Assembly: GCA_039715015.1 (NCBI GenBank)
Contig: JBDLIE010000028.1
Location: forward strand, 1-32,092
Direction: 5' to 3'
From: Thermodesulfobacteriota bacterium
GTDB lineage: Bacteria; Desulfobacterota; Desulfobulbia; Desulfobulbales; SURF-16
Length of the DNA: 32,092 nucleotides
Both the position numbers and the translations under genes were made by a program. The first letter of the stretch is position 1; each line of letters begins with the position of its first letter. The notes beneath the pieces were generated by a model. That model made no database searches. It had not been told where the DNA came from and was given only the letters and a program-made list of their open reading frames with translations. Positions 19,414 to 29,411 of the stretch are shown piece after piece.

Positions 19414-20931
19414 ATGTTAAAGCCTCTCTTTCTTACCACCGCCATTACCCTGCTGCTTGCCAGTGGTTGCTCCCAGGACAAGGTGGAAGAAGAGGCCACT
19501 CCGCCACAAACGACCCTAGTGCAGGAACCTGCCAGTTACAGCTGCCAGGATTGCCACTCTCATATGCTTGACAACCATCATACCTTTGCCTGTACCACCT
19601 GCCACCAGGGCCATGACAACAGCGCATCTGCAGAGGAGGCCCATGTAGACCTCATCGCTAAACCGGCCCACCCCGATTTTATGATGAAGAGCTGCGGCAG
19701 CTGCCATAAAAAACAGGTTACATCAAGCCACGACTCCCTTCACTTCACCTCAAGAAATGAGGTAAATACGGTACGCCGGGCCTTTGGCGCCAGCCACGAC
19801 TTGGCCCGGGCGGATGAAATCCCGGTTCATGAAAATCCGGCCACTCCCCTGGAGCTTGTTGACGATCTCCTGCGCCGCCGCTGCCTGCGCTGCCATATCA
19901 GCTATGATGGCGATAACTACCAGGAAACCCTGCGCGGCGTGGGCTGCGCAGCCTGCCACCTTGAATTTAGCAACGGTGAGCTGATAAGTCATGCCTTTGT
20001 CCGCCGCACCCCGGACCAGCAATGCCTCCACTGCCACAACAGTAATTTCGTCGGCGCTGATTATTACGGACGATACGAACACGACTTCCACTGGGATTAC
20101 CGTACCCCTTATAAAAAAGACGGCAGCGAGGCAGACCGTCCCTATGGTGTTGAGTATCATCAGCTGAGCACCGACGTCCACCAGAAGGCCGGCATGGCCT
20201 GTATCGATTGCCATCCCGGCTCCAGCCTGATGTCTCCAAAATCGCAGACCCTTTCCTGTCTTGTTTGCCACGACTTTCAGGCGGGCAAGGCGCCCCCATC
20301 TTTAACGAACAATGACGGGGAAATTATCTTCACCACCGCGGAAAGGTCCTACACCGTGGCCCAGATGGTTAACGTGGCCCATAAAAAATATGGCGCTACT
20401 GCCACCTGCACGGCCTGCCATGCCCTCTGGACCTATAGTGACGAGGGTACCCACCTCCTCCGCCAAGACGCCGAGGAGTATGATGCCTGGGAGGCCTTGA
20501 CCGTCCAGGGCTCCTACGAGGTGGAGCGCGAACTCTTTGTCAACTTAAACACGGATGAAGGCTACCCCTACCCCTTTATGTCAGACAAATTAAGCGGCAA
20601 GGGTTATTTTGGTCTCTGGCACAAGGGCTATGAACTCCGGCGCTGGGAATTTCCAATTATCTGCAAAGACAAAACAGGCAAATTCGCCACCTGCCGCCCC
20701 ATACTTGATCTTCACCTGACCTGGATGAATAGTGATGAGGAGGTTATTTTTGACAATGCCAAACCGGGCCAAGCCCCAGCCTACGGCTTACTTCCATACA
20801 CACCGCACACCATTGGTAAAGCAGGCCCTTTTTTCAAAGAACGGCTCAAGACCAACCATCATCTCCTTGATCAGCCCCTGAACCTGGATAAGGGTCCCGG
20901 CTTAAACCCTGCCATGGAGGCAAAACCATGA
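19414..20931 (+). CDS. Multiheme (9 x CxxCH) cytochrome c lipoprotein
   Basis: Lipobox LLASG-C; heme motifs CQDCH, CTTCH, CGSCH, CLRCH, CAACH, CLHCH, CIDCH, CLVCH and CTACH. Confidence 0.92.
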   Translation: MLKPLFLTTAITLLLASGCSQDKVEEEATPPQTTLVQEPASYSCQDCHSHMLDNHHTFACTTCHQGHDNSASAEEAHVDLIAKPAHPDFMMKSCGSCHKKQVTSSHDSLHFTSRNEVNTVRRAFGASHDLARADEIPVHENPATPLELVDDLLRRRCLRCHISYDGDNYQETLRGVGCAACHLEFSNGELISHAFVRRTPDQQCLHCHNSNFVGADYYGRYEHDFHWDYRTPYKKDGSEADRPYGVEYHQLSTDVHQKAGMACIDCHPGSSLMSPKSQTLSCLVCHDFQAGKAPPSLTNNDGEIIFTTAERSYTVAQMVNVAHKKYGATATCTACHALWTYSDEGTHLLRQDAEEYDAWEALTVQGSYEVERELFVNLNTDEGYPYPFMSDKLSGKGYFGLWHKGYELRRWEFPIICKDKTGKFATCRPILDLHLTWMNSDEEVIFDNAKPGQAPAYGLLPYTPHTIGKAGPFFKERLKTNHHLLDQPLNLDKGPGLNPAMEAKP

Positions 20932-21719
20932 GACGTCTATCCCTCTTTTTTCTCCTCCTGCTCCTCACCATGAGCGGCTGCACCGGTCGTGACCGAGCGA
21001 TCTCAGTCCCTGCCAAGAAATGGGTGGCCACCCCTGGCAAATACGACAGCACGGACAGCAAGGTTCCCGGCACCCAGCGCCCCTACGAAATTAAAGGCAA
21101 GACCTATTACCCCCTGCCCTCAGCAGAAGGTTTTGAGCAGAAAGGCATTGCCTCCTGGTATGGAAAGCCCTTCCATGGCCGCAAGACTTCCAACGGCGAG
21201 ACCTACAATATGTACAGCCGCACGGCCGCCCACAAAACCCTGCCCATGAACACCCATGTCCTGGTGAAAAATCTCGAAAACGGTAAAGAAATGGTGCTGC
21301 GCATCAATGACCGCGGCCCCTTTGTCCGAGGCCGCATTATTGACTTGAGCCGCACCGGCGCAAAGGAATTAGGAGTTCTTGCCAAGGGTACGGCACGGGT
21401 CCATATCAGTGCCCTTGGTGAGGCGGTGACAGTGCAGGAAGAGGGCAAAAGAGTAAAACGCTTTCTCCCCCATGAGAATTTCAATCGCGGTAATTTTTAC
21501 GTACAGATAGGCTCCTTTACCAACCGGGATAATGCCCTTCGCCTCAAGGTTAAAATGGAAGGCAAAGGATATGAGATGGCTGTTCGCACCTATAATCGGG
21601 GTGACAAGATTTTCCACCGGGTCCAGGTCAGGGCCGGTTTTGAAATGGCTAATGCCAAGAAGGAGCTGGACCTCTTGACCCAAATGGGCTATAGCGGCTC
21701 CTTTATAGTGGCCCAATAA
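20928..21719 (+). CDS. rlpA: Septal ring lytic transglycosylase RlpA (DPBB + SPOR) lipoprotein
   Basis: Lipobox TMSG-C; GIASWYG, TAAHKTLP and RINDRGPF..GRIIDLS motifs; C-terminal SPOR domain (YVQIGSF...NA). ATGA overlap with the upstream gene. Confidence 0.93.
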   Translation: MRRLSLFFLLLLLTMSGCTGRDRAISVPAKKWVATPGKYDSTDSKVPGTQRPYEIKGKTYYPLPSAEGFEQKGIASWYGKPFHGRKTSNGETYNMYSRTAAHKTLPMNTHVLVKNLENGKEMVLRINDRGPFVRGRIIDLSRTGAKELGVLAKGTARVHISALGEAVTVQEEGKRVKRFLPHENFNRGNFYVQIGSFTNRDNALRLKVKMEGKGYEMAVRTYNRGDKIFHRVQVRAGFEMANAKKELDLLTQMGYSGSFIVAQ

Positions 21720-21777
21720 GAGCTGCAAGAAACCAAACTTCTTTATAAAAGCATCCGCTCTTCGCCTGCCTCTACTC

Positions 21778-24339
21778 TTACACTTCCACGGCTAGAGCAT
21801 TCTTCACCGCCGTGCCCAGCTCTGCCATGGTGTAAGGCTTTTTAATTAATTCTCCAGCCCCTAGCCGCTGTACCTCTTTGACATTCTCATTTTCTGAAAA
21901 GCCGCTGGCAATGATAGCTTTCTGGCCAGGATTCTTTTCAACCACAGCGGCATAGGTCTGGCAGCCATCCATGCCCGAGCCCATGACCATGTCCAGCACG
22001 ACCAGATCAACTTCATTGCGGCCCAGATAGTCGAGAGCCTCCTCGCCAGAGGCAACAGTGTGGCATTGATAACTAAAGTGAGCAAGAAACCTCCTGGCGA
22101 TATCACGCTGCTGGGCCTGATCGTCAACCACCAAGATTTTCTCGCCGTGCCCCATCAGGTCCTCAGCATCCACCGTCTCTTCGTGGCCCTTTAACTCCTC
22201 ATTACTGACAGGGAAATAAAGCTCAAAGGTTGTGCCCTGCTCAGTACTTGTCACCGTTACCATGCCATCATGATCCTGCATGGTATTCCAGACCACAGCC
22301 AGCCCCAGACCAGTGCCGCTGCGCCCCATTTGCTTCTTGGTGTAAAAGGGCTCAAAAATATGCCCTATGTCCTTCCCGGCAATGCCAGCGCCGCTATCCC
22401 TGACGCTGAGCACAACATATTCACCTGCTTCCAGCCCATGTTCCTCTGCCAGCTCCGGGGTCAAAAAATCATTGCGGGTGGCTATAAATAGCTGCCCTTG
22501 TTGATCAATTGCTTCCGCACCGTTTGTCAGAAGGTTCATCAGAGATTTTTTGACATGGACTGCCGAGCAAAAAATATTGGCATGATCCGCAGTCAACTCC
22601 TTACAACAGGTGACATGATGATGAAAAAAGGCAATGCTCTGACATTCCGGGGATTTCATATACTCCCGAATGAGAACATTGAGGTTTTCCGTTTTTTTGA
22701 CACTGGCCACACTACGAGCCACGGTGAGCAGGTCCGCCACCACCGCTGCCGCCTGCTTGCCGGATTCTTGCACAAGCGTGATGGAGTGCCGAAGTTCGCT
22801 CTTTTCAGGAAGCTGCATGAGAATCAACTCAGGATAACTGACAATGCCTGAAAGAATATTGTTGAGATCATGGGCAACCCCCCCGGCCATAAGACCAATG
22901 GCCTCCATCTTTTTGGTCTTGGCCTTTTTTTTCTCCAGCTCTTTCTTCTCCCGCTCCAGCCGCCTCTGCTCTGTCTTGTCGTTGAGGGTGATGACCATCC
23001 GGTCCTCAATGAGGGTATAGGCAAACTCCACCTCTTTGACAGAACCATCCTTGCAAACAATGGAACGTTCTTCACCTGGGATAGTGGACGTTTTCTTTTT
23101 AGCTCCTTCCAGATGTTGCTCCCATCTCTTCAGGACAATATCCTGAAGATCTTCGCCGGAGTATACCTTGGAAAACCAATCCTTCATGGTGGGGATATCC
23201 GTTAAGGTATAGCCATAGAGTTCCACACATTTTTCATTGAGAAATTCAATGGTAGCGTCATTAATATTGACCATGGCAATGGGCACATGGGCGTCATTAA
23301 TAAATTTACTAAAGAGTCGCTGGCTTTCTGCCAGTTTCGCCTCTGTCTCCTGTCTTTTCTGGTGGTTCTCAAATCTAAGGCGCGTACGAATTAGCGAAGA
23401 GGCGTAGAGTAAGAGAATGGTAACAAAGCCGGCAAAGATCACAATCCACCAGCGGCCAAAGGACACCACCGCTCGCAAAGCCTGCTTTTCCGGGGTGGCC
23501 ACTACAATCGACCAGAGGTTATGGGGAAGGACAACGGGATGATAAACCGCATGTTTGAGGATGGTTTCCCCCCTCTTTCCCTTCAAGCGATCAGAGGTAT
23601 ATGTTGTCTCTCCCTCCATCCCCGCCATCATGAACTCTGCCATTTTGATAACAGCTGGAAATTTGCTGGACGTTTCATAAACGGACCGACCTGTATGGCC
23701 GGGAACCGGGCAGTACAGCTCTACACCATCGTGATTCATCATCCAGGCATAGCCGTTTTCTCCGATAACCATTTTGGCCAGATAATTTTCAGCAACCAGG
23801 GCAAAGGGGATCCATATAGAAAGACAACCAGCATATTCACCATGGTCAAAAACAGGCACAGCAAGCGCCACCGTTTCATAGCCCTGGACAGCTTGAAAGA
23901 CCGAGCTGACAACAGTCTCCTGTGTTGCCATGATCAATTGATTATGGGGCTGCCAAGAAACATCCTGGCCAACGGCATCCTCTTGATAGGGAGCGGTAAA
24001 AACAATATGGCCACTGCTATCAATACGGGTAATGGCGCTGATGGTCTCCATGTTGGCATGAAAAAACTCATCAAGCAACTTTCTCCCCTCATCATTCAAA
24101 TTAATGACGGTGTCGTGTTTTATCAGATGGCCAAGGAGCCCTTCATAGGTCTTAAAAAGTTCCTCAATGCCATGGGCAGCCTGCCGGGCCAACAGCGACT
24201 GCTGGGTATTTAAAGAGTCAATGGTGCTCTGGCGCACCATCTTATAGGGAAGATAAAAAATCCAGGCGGTTAGAAGAAGAAAAAACAACAGAAAAAAGAA
24301 AGATTTCAACAGGCTTGGCGGGTTCGTTCCTTTGTTCAT
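21778..24339 (-). CDS. Hybrid sensor histidine kinase (Cache-PAS-HisKA-HATPase-REC)
   Basis: Two TMs flank a Cache-like domain, followed by a PAS-like segment. H-box AGGVAHDLNNIL, N/G boxes NLLTNG, DSGAGI, FEPFYTKK and GTGLGL; receiver domain with VVDD, LDM and KKP. Confidence 0.93.
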   Translation of the reverse strand: MNKGTNPPSLLKSFFFLLFFLLLTAWIFYLPYKMVRQSTIDSLNTQQSLLARQAAHGIEELFKTYEGLLGHLIKHDTVINLNDEGRKLLDEFFHANMETISAITRIDSSGHIVFTAPYQEDAVGQDVSWQPHNQLIMATQETVVSSVFQAVQGYETVALAVPVFDHGEYAGCLSIWIPFALVAENYLAKMVIGENGYAWMMNHDGVELYCPVPGHTGRSVYETSSKFPAVIKMAEFMMAGMEGETTYTSDRLKGKRGETILKHAVYHPVVLPHNLWSIVVATPEKQALRAVVSFGRWWIVIFAGFVTILLLYASSLIRTRLRFENHQKRQETEAKLAESQRLFSKFINDAHVPIAMVNINDATIEFLNEKCVELYGYTLTDIPTMKDWFSKVYSGEDLQDIVLKRWEQHLEGAKKKTSTIPGEERSIVCKDGSVKEVEFAYTLIEDRMVITLNDKTEQRRLEREKKELEKKKAKTKKMEAIGLMAGGVAHDLNNILSGIVSYPELILMQLPEKSELRHSITLVQESGKQAAAVVADLLTVARSVASVKKTENLNVLIREYMKSPECQSIAFFHHHVTCCKELTADHANIFCSAVHVKKSLMNLLTNGAEAIDQQGQLFIATRNDFLTPELAEEHGLEAGEYVVLSVRDSGAGIAGKDIGHIFEPFYTKKQMGRSGTGLGLAVVWNTMQDHDGMVTVTSTEQGTTFELYFPVSNEELKGHEETVDAEDLMGHGEKILVVDDQAQQRDIARRFLAHFSYQCHTVASGEEALDYLGRNEVDLVVLDMVMGSGMDGCQTYAAVVEKNPGQKAIIASGFSENENVKEVQRLGAGELIKKPYTMAELGTAVKNALAVEV

Positions 24340-24412
24340 AAAAGACGAGTAACAAAACAAACAGCTAGGTTAATAGAAAATGCTTTTTCAATAAGCAAAG
24401 TTTATCATTTCA

Positions 24413-24456
24413 AAAGGAGAACAGGCAAATGCTATCCTCCTTTTGCCCTGTCTTTT
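24413..24456 (-). terminator. Possible terminator hairpin between the hypothetical gene and the kinase
   Basis: Imperfect stem ACAGG-CAAA / TTTG-CCCTGT immediately after the stop at 24459. Confidence 0.35.
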
Positions 24457-24458
24457 CT

Positions 24459-25118
24459 CTACGCCTTACACAAGATCGAACACTTTGCTCCAGACCTGCT
24501 GACCACTCCATGGATAGTGCCAGGGAAGCTGTTAATTATTTCGGATAAAAAGGAGGGGCAGGGCATAGATTTTTTCCAGCTTCTATACTCTGCCATTTCC
24601 AACTGACAGGCTATCTCCTTGTCCCAGAGGTATGTCCTTTTTTTTGCTTTCAGGCCAAAGGAATAGGCCTCCACCGTTGAGATAAAAAAGCTGAAAAGCT
24701 CAACAAGATCCGCTGTTATTTTTTTAATGCACCGGGATAGAAGCACCTGCCCCTCGTGCCATTTTCCACCCAAGGGCTGCTGCCAAAGCTGGCGATGTAA
24801 TGCAGTGAGCTGATTGATCCCCTGTTCTAGAGGAATGATAGCCTGCAATGTCTTTATACGACAGGGACGACGGGACCTGGCAAGAATGGTGGCGGAAAAA
24901 GAGTGAAAAAACGGAGGGAGTCTTTTCGCAGTCTTGCGCAGACTCTTTTCCCAGATTATCAAAGCGGCCTTGGCATCGATTATTTCACGACCCATCGGTT
25001 TTGTTGCAGGACAAACCATAACCACTTCAAGCTTTGCTCTGAGCCGGATGAATTCTTTCTGAACCAGCTGATAATGGGGAGCGATCTTCGTCTGCTGTCT
25101 TTCTTGCCGTCTGGTCAT
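24459..25118 (-). CDS. Hypothetical basic protein
   Basis: 219-aa ORF that fills the intergenic gap, with a strong AGGAGG Shine-Dalgarno 7 nt before the ATG. No recognisable motif. Confidence 0.65.
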   Translation of the reverse strand: MTRRQERQQTKIAPHYQLVQKEFIRLRAKLEVVMVCPATKPMGREIIDAKAALIIWEKSLRKTAKRLPPFFHSFSATILARSRRPCRIKTLQAIIPLEQGINQLTALHRQLWQQPLGGKWHEGQVLLSRCIKKITADLVELFSFFISTVEAYSFGLKAKKRTYLWDKEIACQLEMAEYRSWKKSMPCPSFLSEIINSFPGTIHGVVSRSGAKCSILCKA

Positions 25119-25241
25119 GGCATTGCCTCCTGTTTTTTGAAATATTTTCCTTTATGACAAGAAGGTAACCCAGCAGGTAGGACAAATATTGTCCGACATG
25201 TTTTATTTGTTTAAGAGCTCGAAATTTGGAGGATGGCTGAC

Positions 25242-26201
25242 CTAGAAATGAATAAAGAGACGCAGAAATAGCTGGTCGGCCTGGATGCCGAATTCATCAT
25301 CATTGCCGCCGTGGTAGATAAGGGCTCCGGCGTTTAGGATAATCTCGTCAGCCGCGCTGTAGTTGAAGGAGGGACTGATAAACGTGCCATGGTCATCAAG
25401 GTTGACAACCCCTAAAATTTGACTGCTCCACAGCATGGAGAACTGGTAGGAGAATTGCCCGGCCAGGTAATCGAGCTGGCTTTCATCGTTATACCTGTAC
25501 TCAGCAAGAATGGTCAGGGAATTGGCAAAACCATACTCAGCGCCGAAAATGAACTCGGTGTACCGTTCATGGTCTAGGCGATCATGGAAACTGCCGCCCT
25601 CGCTGCGCACCTCAAGGCCTGTTTCACCGATTTCGCCTTCCAGCTCCCAACCGATAATGTCCCGGTCATTCTCATCGTCCCAGACAGCAAGAAGAGCCAG
25701 ATCCGCCACCTCCAGGTAGCCCTTGAGCCGGGCCGCCAACTTCTCCCTGGACCCGGTGAGATCAAGATTTGCCAAACGGCTGACAGCATACTCATAATGG
25801 ACAGCCTCGGTGCCGCGCCGCTCGCCAGTCTCTTTGGCCTGGAAATCGATGGGATCAAAGACATCAATGGGATTCCAGACCCGACCAACGCCAAAAGGAA
25901 TACGCTGGCGACCAATGGTCCAGAAATGGGTTTGACCTCTGTACTGCAGGTAGCCACGGTAGATGAGGGTTTTATTTACCAAACTGCTAGGACGTTCCAC
26001 ATATCTGCTCTCATTATCAACAATGAGCTTGGCAGAAAAATTCTCGTATTGCTGGTGGACCAGGGAAAGGTCCACCCGAAAACGGTTAAAATCTGTCCAA
26101 TGCCGGACCTCATCATAGCTGGCAATATTGGTGTTCTCCAAAGTAAGCTCTGGAGTAACGGCAAAAAGAGAGGCGGCAAGGAGACTAACGAACATGCTCA
26201 T
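25242..26201 (-). CDS. Putative outer-membrane beta-barrel protein
   Basis: Signal-peptide-like start, alternating amphipathic strands, GRQRI.FG.G..WNP.D motif and C-terminal Phe (LRLFIHF). Overlaps the ATPase stop. Confidence 0.8.
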   Translation of the reverse strand: MSMFVSLLAASLFAVTPELTLENTNIASYDEVRHWTDFNRFRVDLSLVHQQYENFSAKLIVDNESRYVERPSSLVNKTLIYRGYLQYRGQTHFWTIGRQRIPFGVGRVWNPIDVFDPIDFQAKETGERRGTEAVHYEYAVSRLANLDLTGSREKLAARLKGYLEVADLALLAVWDDENDRDIIGWELEGEIGETGLEVRSEGGSFHDRLDHERYTEFIFGAEYGFANSLTILAEYRYNDESQLDYLAGQFSYQFSMLWSSQILGVVNLDDHGTFISPSFNYSAADEIILNAGALIYHGGNDDEFGIQADQLFLRLFIHF

Positions 26202-26880
26202 TGGCAACGACCTCGCCATCCCTTAGGACAATGGAATGTTTGGCCTTGGAGATTACCAGGGGGTCATGGGAAGAAAAAACAATGGTGATGCCCTCGTCCT
26301 CATTAAGCTGCTGCATCATATCCATAAGATTGGCAGCGCTTTTGGAGTCAAGATTGGCGGTGGGCTCATCAGCCAGGATAAGCTTTGGTTTACTGGCCAC
26401 AGCCCGGGCCACAGCCACCCGCTGCTGCTGACCACCGCTTAGATGGTTAGGCAGTTTATCAAGAAGATGACTAATATCGAGCTTACCTGCCACCTCTTCT
26501 ATTCTCCAGTTGCACTCTTCCTGTCCGTGGCCCTGGAGCCGCATGACATATTCAATATTTTCGCGGGCCGTCAGCACCGGAATGAGATTATAGGCCTGGA
26601 AGACAAAACCAATATGATCACGGCGCAGGCCGGAAAGCTGCCTCTCATCAAGGCCGGTCACCGTGATGCCGTCCAGGACAACCTCACCGCTGCTGGCGCC
26701 GTCAAGGCCGCCGATGATATTGAGCAGGGTTGTCTTGCCGCTGCCTGAAGGCCCTGACAAAACAGCAAACTCTCCCCTGTCGATATTAAGATCGATATGG
26801 GAGAGGGCCTTTAACTCAACATCCTGCCCCGGCGAAAAAACCTTAGCCACCTGCCGTATCTCAAGAAATGACGAATCCAT
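26185..26880 (-). CDS. ABC transporter ATP-binding protein, LolD/MacB-like
   Basis: GPSGSGKTT, GFVFQAYNL, LSGGQQQRVA and ILADEPTANLD motifs, plus an H-loop. Confidence 0.95.
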   Translation of the reverse strand: MDSSFLEIRQVAKVFSPGQDVELKALSHIDLNIDRGEFAVLSGPSGSGKTTLLNIIGGLDGASSGEVVLDGITVTGLDERQLSGLRRDHIGFVFQAYNLIPVLTARENIEYVMRLQGHGQEECNWRIEEVAGKLDISHLLDKLPNHLSGGQQQRVAVARAVASKPKLILADEPTANLDSKSAANLMDMMQQLNEDEGITIVFSSHDPLVISKAKHSIVLRDGEVVANEHVR

Positions 26881-26935
26881 TCATAAACCTCAGCTGCTCT
26901 TTAACAGTAAGCAGATTTTTTTAGCCCGGAACCCA

Positions 26936-28159
26936 TTAAATCTTGTTAATGGCCTCGATGGGGCGGGCCTTTTGCAATATGCGCAGGGGTACTAAAACGC
27001 TGATCAGGGTGGCCCCTGTAACGGCAGCCAGGGCCGTCAAAAAATAACTGGGCCGGATCAGGGCATAGGTGATGGCATCCATGCCAAAGGCATCAAGACC
27101 GGCGCTGAACATGGTGAGGTCCAAGCCATACTGATAAAAATAGAAAAGCGTCAGGCCACCCAGTAGGGAGCCACAGCAATATCCGCTCAAGCCAAGGATG
27201 AACGATTCCACAAAAACAATGGTACGGATCTCTTGGAAGGTGGTGCCAATGGCCAGCATGATGCCGAACTCCCGCAATCTTTCTAAAACCGAAACAAGCA
27301 TGACCCCAAAGATACCTAGGCCCGCCACACAAAAAACAAGAAGGCTGGTTATCAGGTTGAACACCTCCATCATTTCCCGCCCCTGGTGAAGGGCTGGATA
27401 GAGTGAGTTCCAGGCCATTACATCGAGATTGGCAAACTGAGCAGCAAGCTGTTTTTGTACTGCCGGCACCTCCTCTTTATCGTGGACCATAATACTAATC
27501 TGGCTGGCCCCCGCCGGGAGCAGGAGCAGCTCCCGGGCTTTGTCTATCCCGATAAAAACGGCGTTTTCATCCAGGGCCATATTATTGGTTTTCAAGATAC
27601 CCGTCACCCGCAGGGAAAGGGCGGAGACATCATTGTCTCTGTTCTGGGCCGACAGAATAATTTTCTTCCCCAATCCCACCTTCATCTTGGCAGCCAGGCG
27701 GGAACCAAGAATAACGCCGCGGCCCTTCTTGCCGAAGTCATATACCCCCTCACGCAGATAACTTGCCAGCCTGCCGTGACGCTCTTCAGCCTCAAGTTCC
27801 ACCCCGTAGATGGCAGCGTTTCTGGAATAATGGGCCGTGGCAATAAGCCCGTCCTGGCGCAAACGCCTGACATGGCTCCTGATCCGGTTGTCGGCGGTAA
27901 GTACATGTTCAATCTCATCGAAACGTTCGATGGCCTTCTCCAGGCCTGGATCAAGACGGTATCCCTTGGCAAAAATAGATATGTCGCCACTGTCGCTCCG
28001 GATGGCATTATCAATAAACTGTTCGGTCATGCCGTCATAAATCCCCTCCATGAAAAGCAGGCCCCAGAGGCTCATGGCAATCATCAGAACAACCAGCATG
28101 GAGCGGGATAACCGCCGGCCCAAGGAAGCGAGGGCTATGCGCAGCAATACCCTAAACAT
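26936..28159 (-). CDS. ABC permease, LolC/E-FtsX-MacB family
   Basis: One TM, a periplasmic domain and three TMs; VLERLREFGIMLAIG motif; ends PIEAI. The start at 28159 overlaps the upstream permease. Confidence 0.92.
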   Translation of the reverse strand: MFRVLLRIALASLGRRLSRSMLVVLMIAMSLWGLLFMEGIYDGMTEQFIDNAIRSDSGDISIFAKGYRLDPGLEKAIERFDEIEHVLTADNRIRSHVRRLRQDGLIATAHYSRNAAIYGVELEAEERHGRLASYLREGVYDFGKKGRGVILGSRLAAKMKVGLGKKIILSAQNRDNDVSALSLRVTGILKTNNMALDENAVFIGIDKARELLLLPAGASQISIMVHDKEEVPAVQKQLAAQFANLDVMAWNSLYPALHQGREMMEVFNLITSLLVFCVAGLGIFGVMLVSVLERLREFGIMLAIGTTFQEIRTIVFVESFILGLSGYCCGSLLGGLTLFYFYQYGLDLTMFSAGLDAFGMDAITYALIRPSYFLTALAAVTGATLISVLVPLRILQKARPIEAINKI

Positions 28160-29375
28160 GGTGGATCGCCTCAATGGGCTTGACCCGGTTGGCCTTGATA
28201 ATGGGATAGAGAGTAGAGCCCACCGACAAAACAAACATCACCGCCATATCACGCATAATGACCAAGGGGGCAAAGGCGGTGGGCATGGCCGAGGCCGCAA
28301 GTCCATACTGCTTAAACTGCTCCTCGGAAAAGGAGAAGTAAATAGGATGAAGGTGGAAATAATAGGCCAGAGCAGCGCCGATGATCCCGCCTAATACAAC
28401 ACTACAAAATGCCAGCAGGACACTTTCTGTCACCAGCATCTTAAAGATCTGACCGGGCATGGTACCCACGGCCCGGAGCACGCCGATCTCCCGCATGCGG
28501 GCAAAGACGGTAAGCCAGGTATAGATAAGAATAACAAAGAAGATAACGATAAATATGACAGACAACGTCAGATAGCCAAAGATGGAATCCACCAGCATGG
28601 CCTGAACCAGGCCCTCCATGGTGGTGCGCCAGCTTTCAGCCAGATACTCTGTATCAAGATCACCATTTAACGCAGTGGCAATGAGATCCGCATCATCCGG
28701 GTTGGCAGGGAGAATAATAAAATGGCTGGCGTAATTTTCGGCAGCCATCACCTTGTTAAAATAGCTCTTATTGACAAAGGCAGCCGAGGCATCAAACTCA
28801 AAGAGACCGGTCTTAAAAACACCTTTGACCTGAAGATTATCAGCAGCAAAGGAGTAATCGGCACCGGTACCGACAAAGGAAAGATGGTCGCCCACCTGCA
28901 CCTTAAGACGTCGGGCCAGCTCATAGCCCATATAAAGCTTGTTGTCGTCCTGGTTGTCCAGATAGGCGCCGTCCACCAGAGATGATGCCAGCCGAGACAG
29001 TTTTTGTTCCTCTTCCGGTTCAATACCGGTGAGCATCCCGCCCACCGCCTTTTCATCCCCGGCATAGAGGACAAAGGTCTCAAAACGGGCGGCAAAGCCT
29101 TCAATTCCAGATCGTTGCCCCACAACCTGCCTGACAGCACCGGCGTCAAATATCAGATTATCAAGGCTGGGTTTTTGCCGGAAATCTTTCTGGGTCACCT
29201 GGATATAGCCGGGGTAGATCTCCACGGCGTTTTGCAGCATTTTTTCATGGGAGCCATCCATGAAGGCTGTTGCAAAAACCAGCATGGCCGTGGTCAGGGT
29301 GGTGAGCAGAATAGTCACCAGACTGCGGTTCCGGTAGGCCCGGATATTTTTCATGGCAAAATTGACAAACATCAT
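28152..29375 (-). CDS. ABC permease, LolC/E-FtsX-MacB family
   Basis: Same topology as the adjacent permease; RMREIGVLRAVG motif; ends PIEAI. Confidence 0.92.
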   Translation of the reverse strand: MMFVNFAMKNIRAYRNRSLVTILLTTLTTAMLVFATAFMDGSHEKMLQNAVEIYPGYIQVTQKDFRQKPSLDNLIFDAGAVRQVVGQRSGIEGFAARFETFVLYAGDEKAVGGMLTGIEPEEEQKLSRLASSLVDGAYLDNQDDNKLYMGYELARRLKVQVGDHLSFVGTGADYSFAADNLQVKGVFKTGLFEFDASAAFVNKSYFNKVMAAENYASHFIILPANPDDADLIATALNGDLDTEYLAESWRTTMEGLVQAMLVDSIFGYLTLSVIFIVIFFVILIYTWLTVFARMREIGVLRAVGTMPGQIFKMLVTESVLLAFCSVVLGGIIGAALAYYFHLHPIYFSFSEEQFKQYGLAASAMPTAFAPLVIMRDMAVMFVLSVGSTLYPIIKANRVKPIEAIHHV

Positions 29376-29411
29376 CCTGGTTGGCCGTACCTGCCTTTTT
29401 TTATTAGGGTT

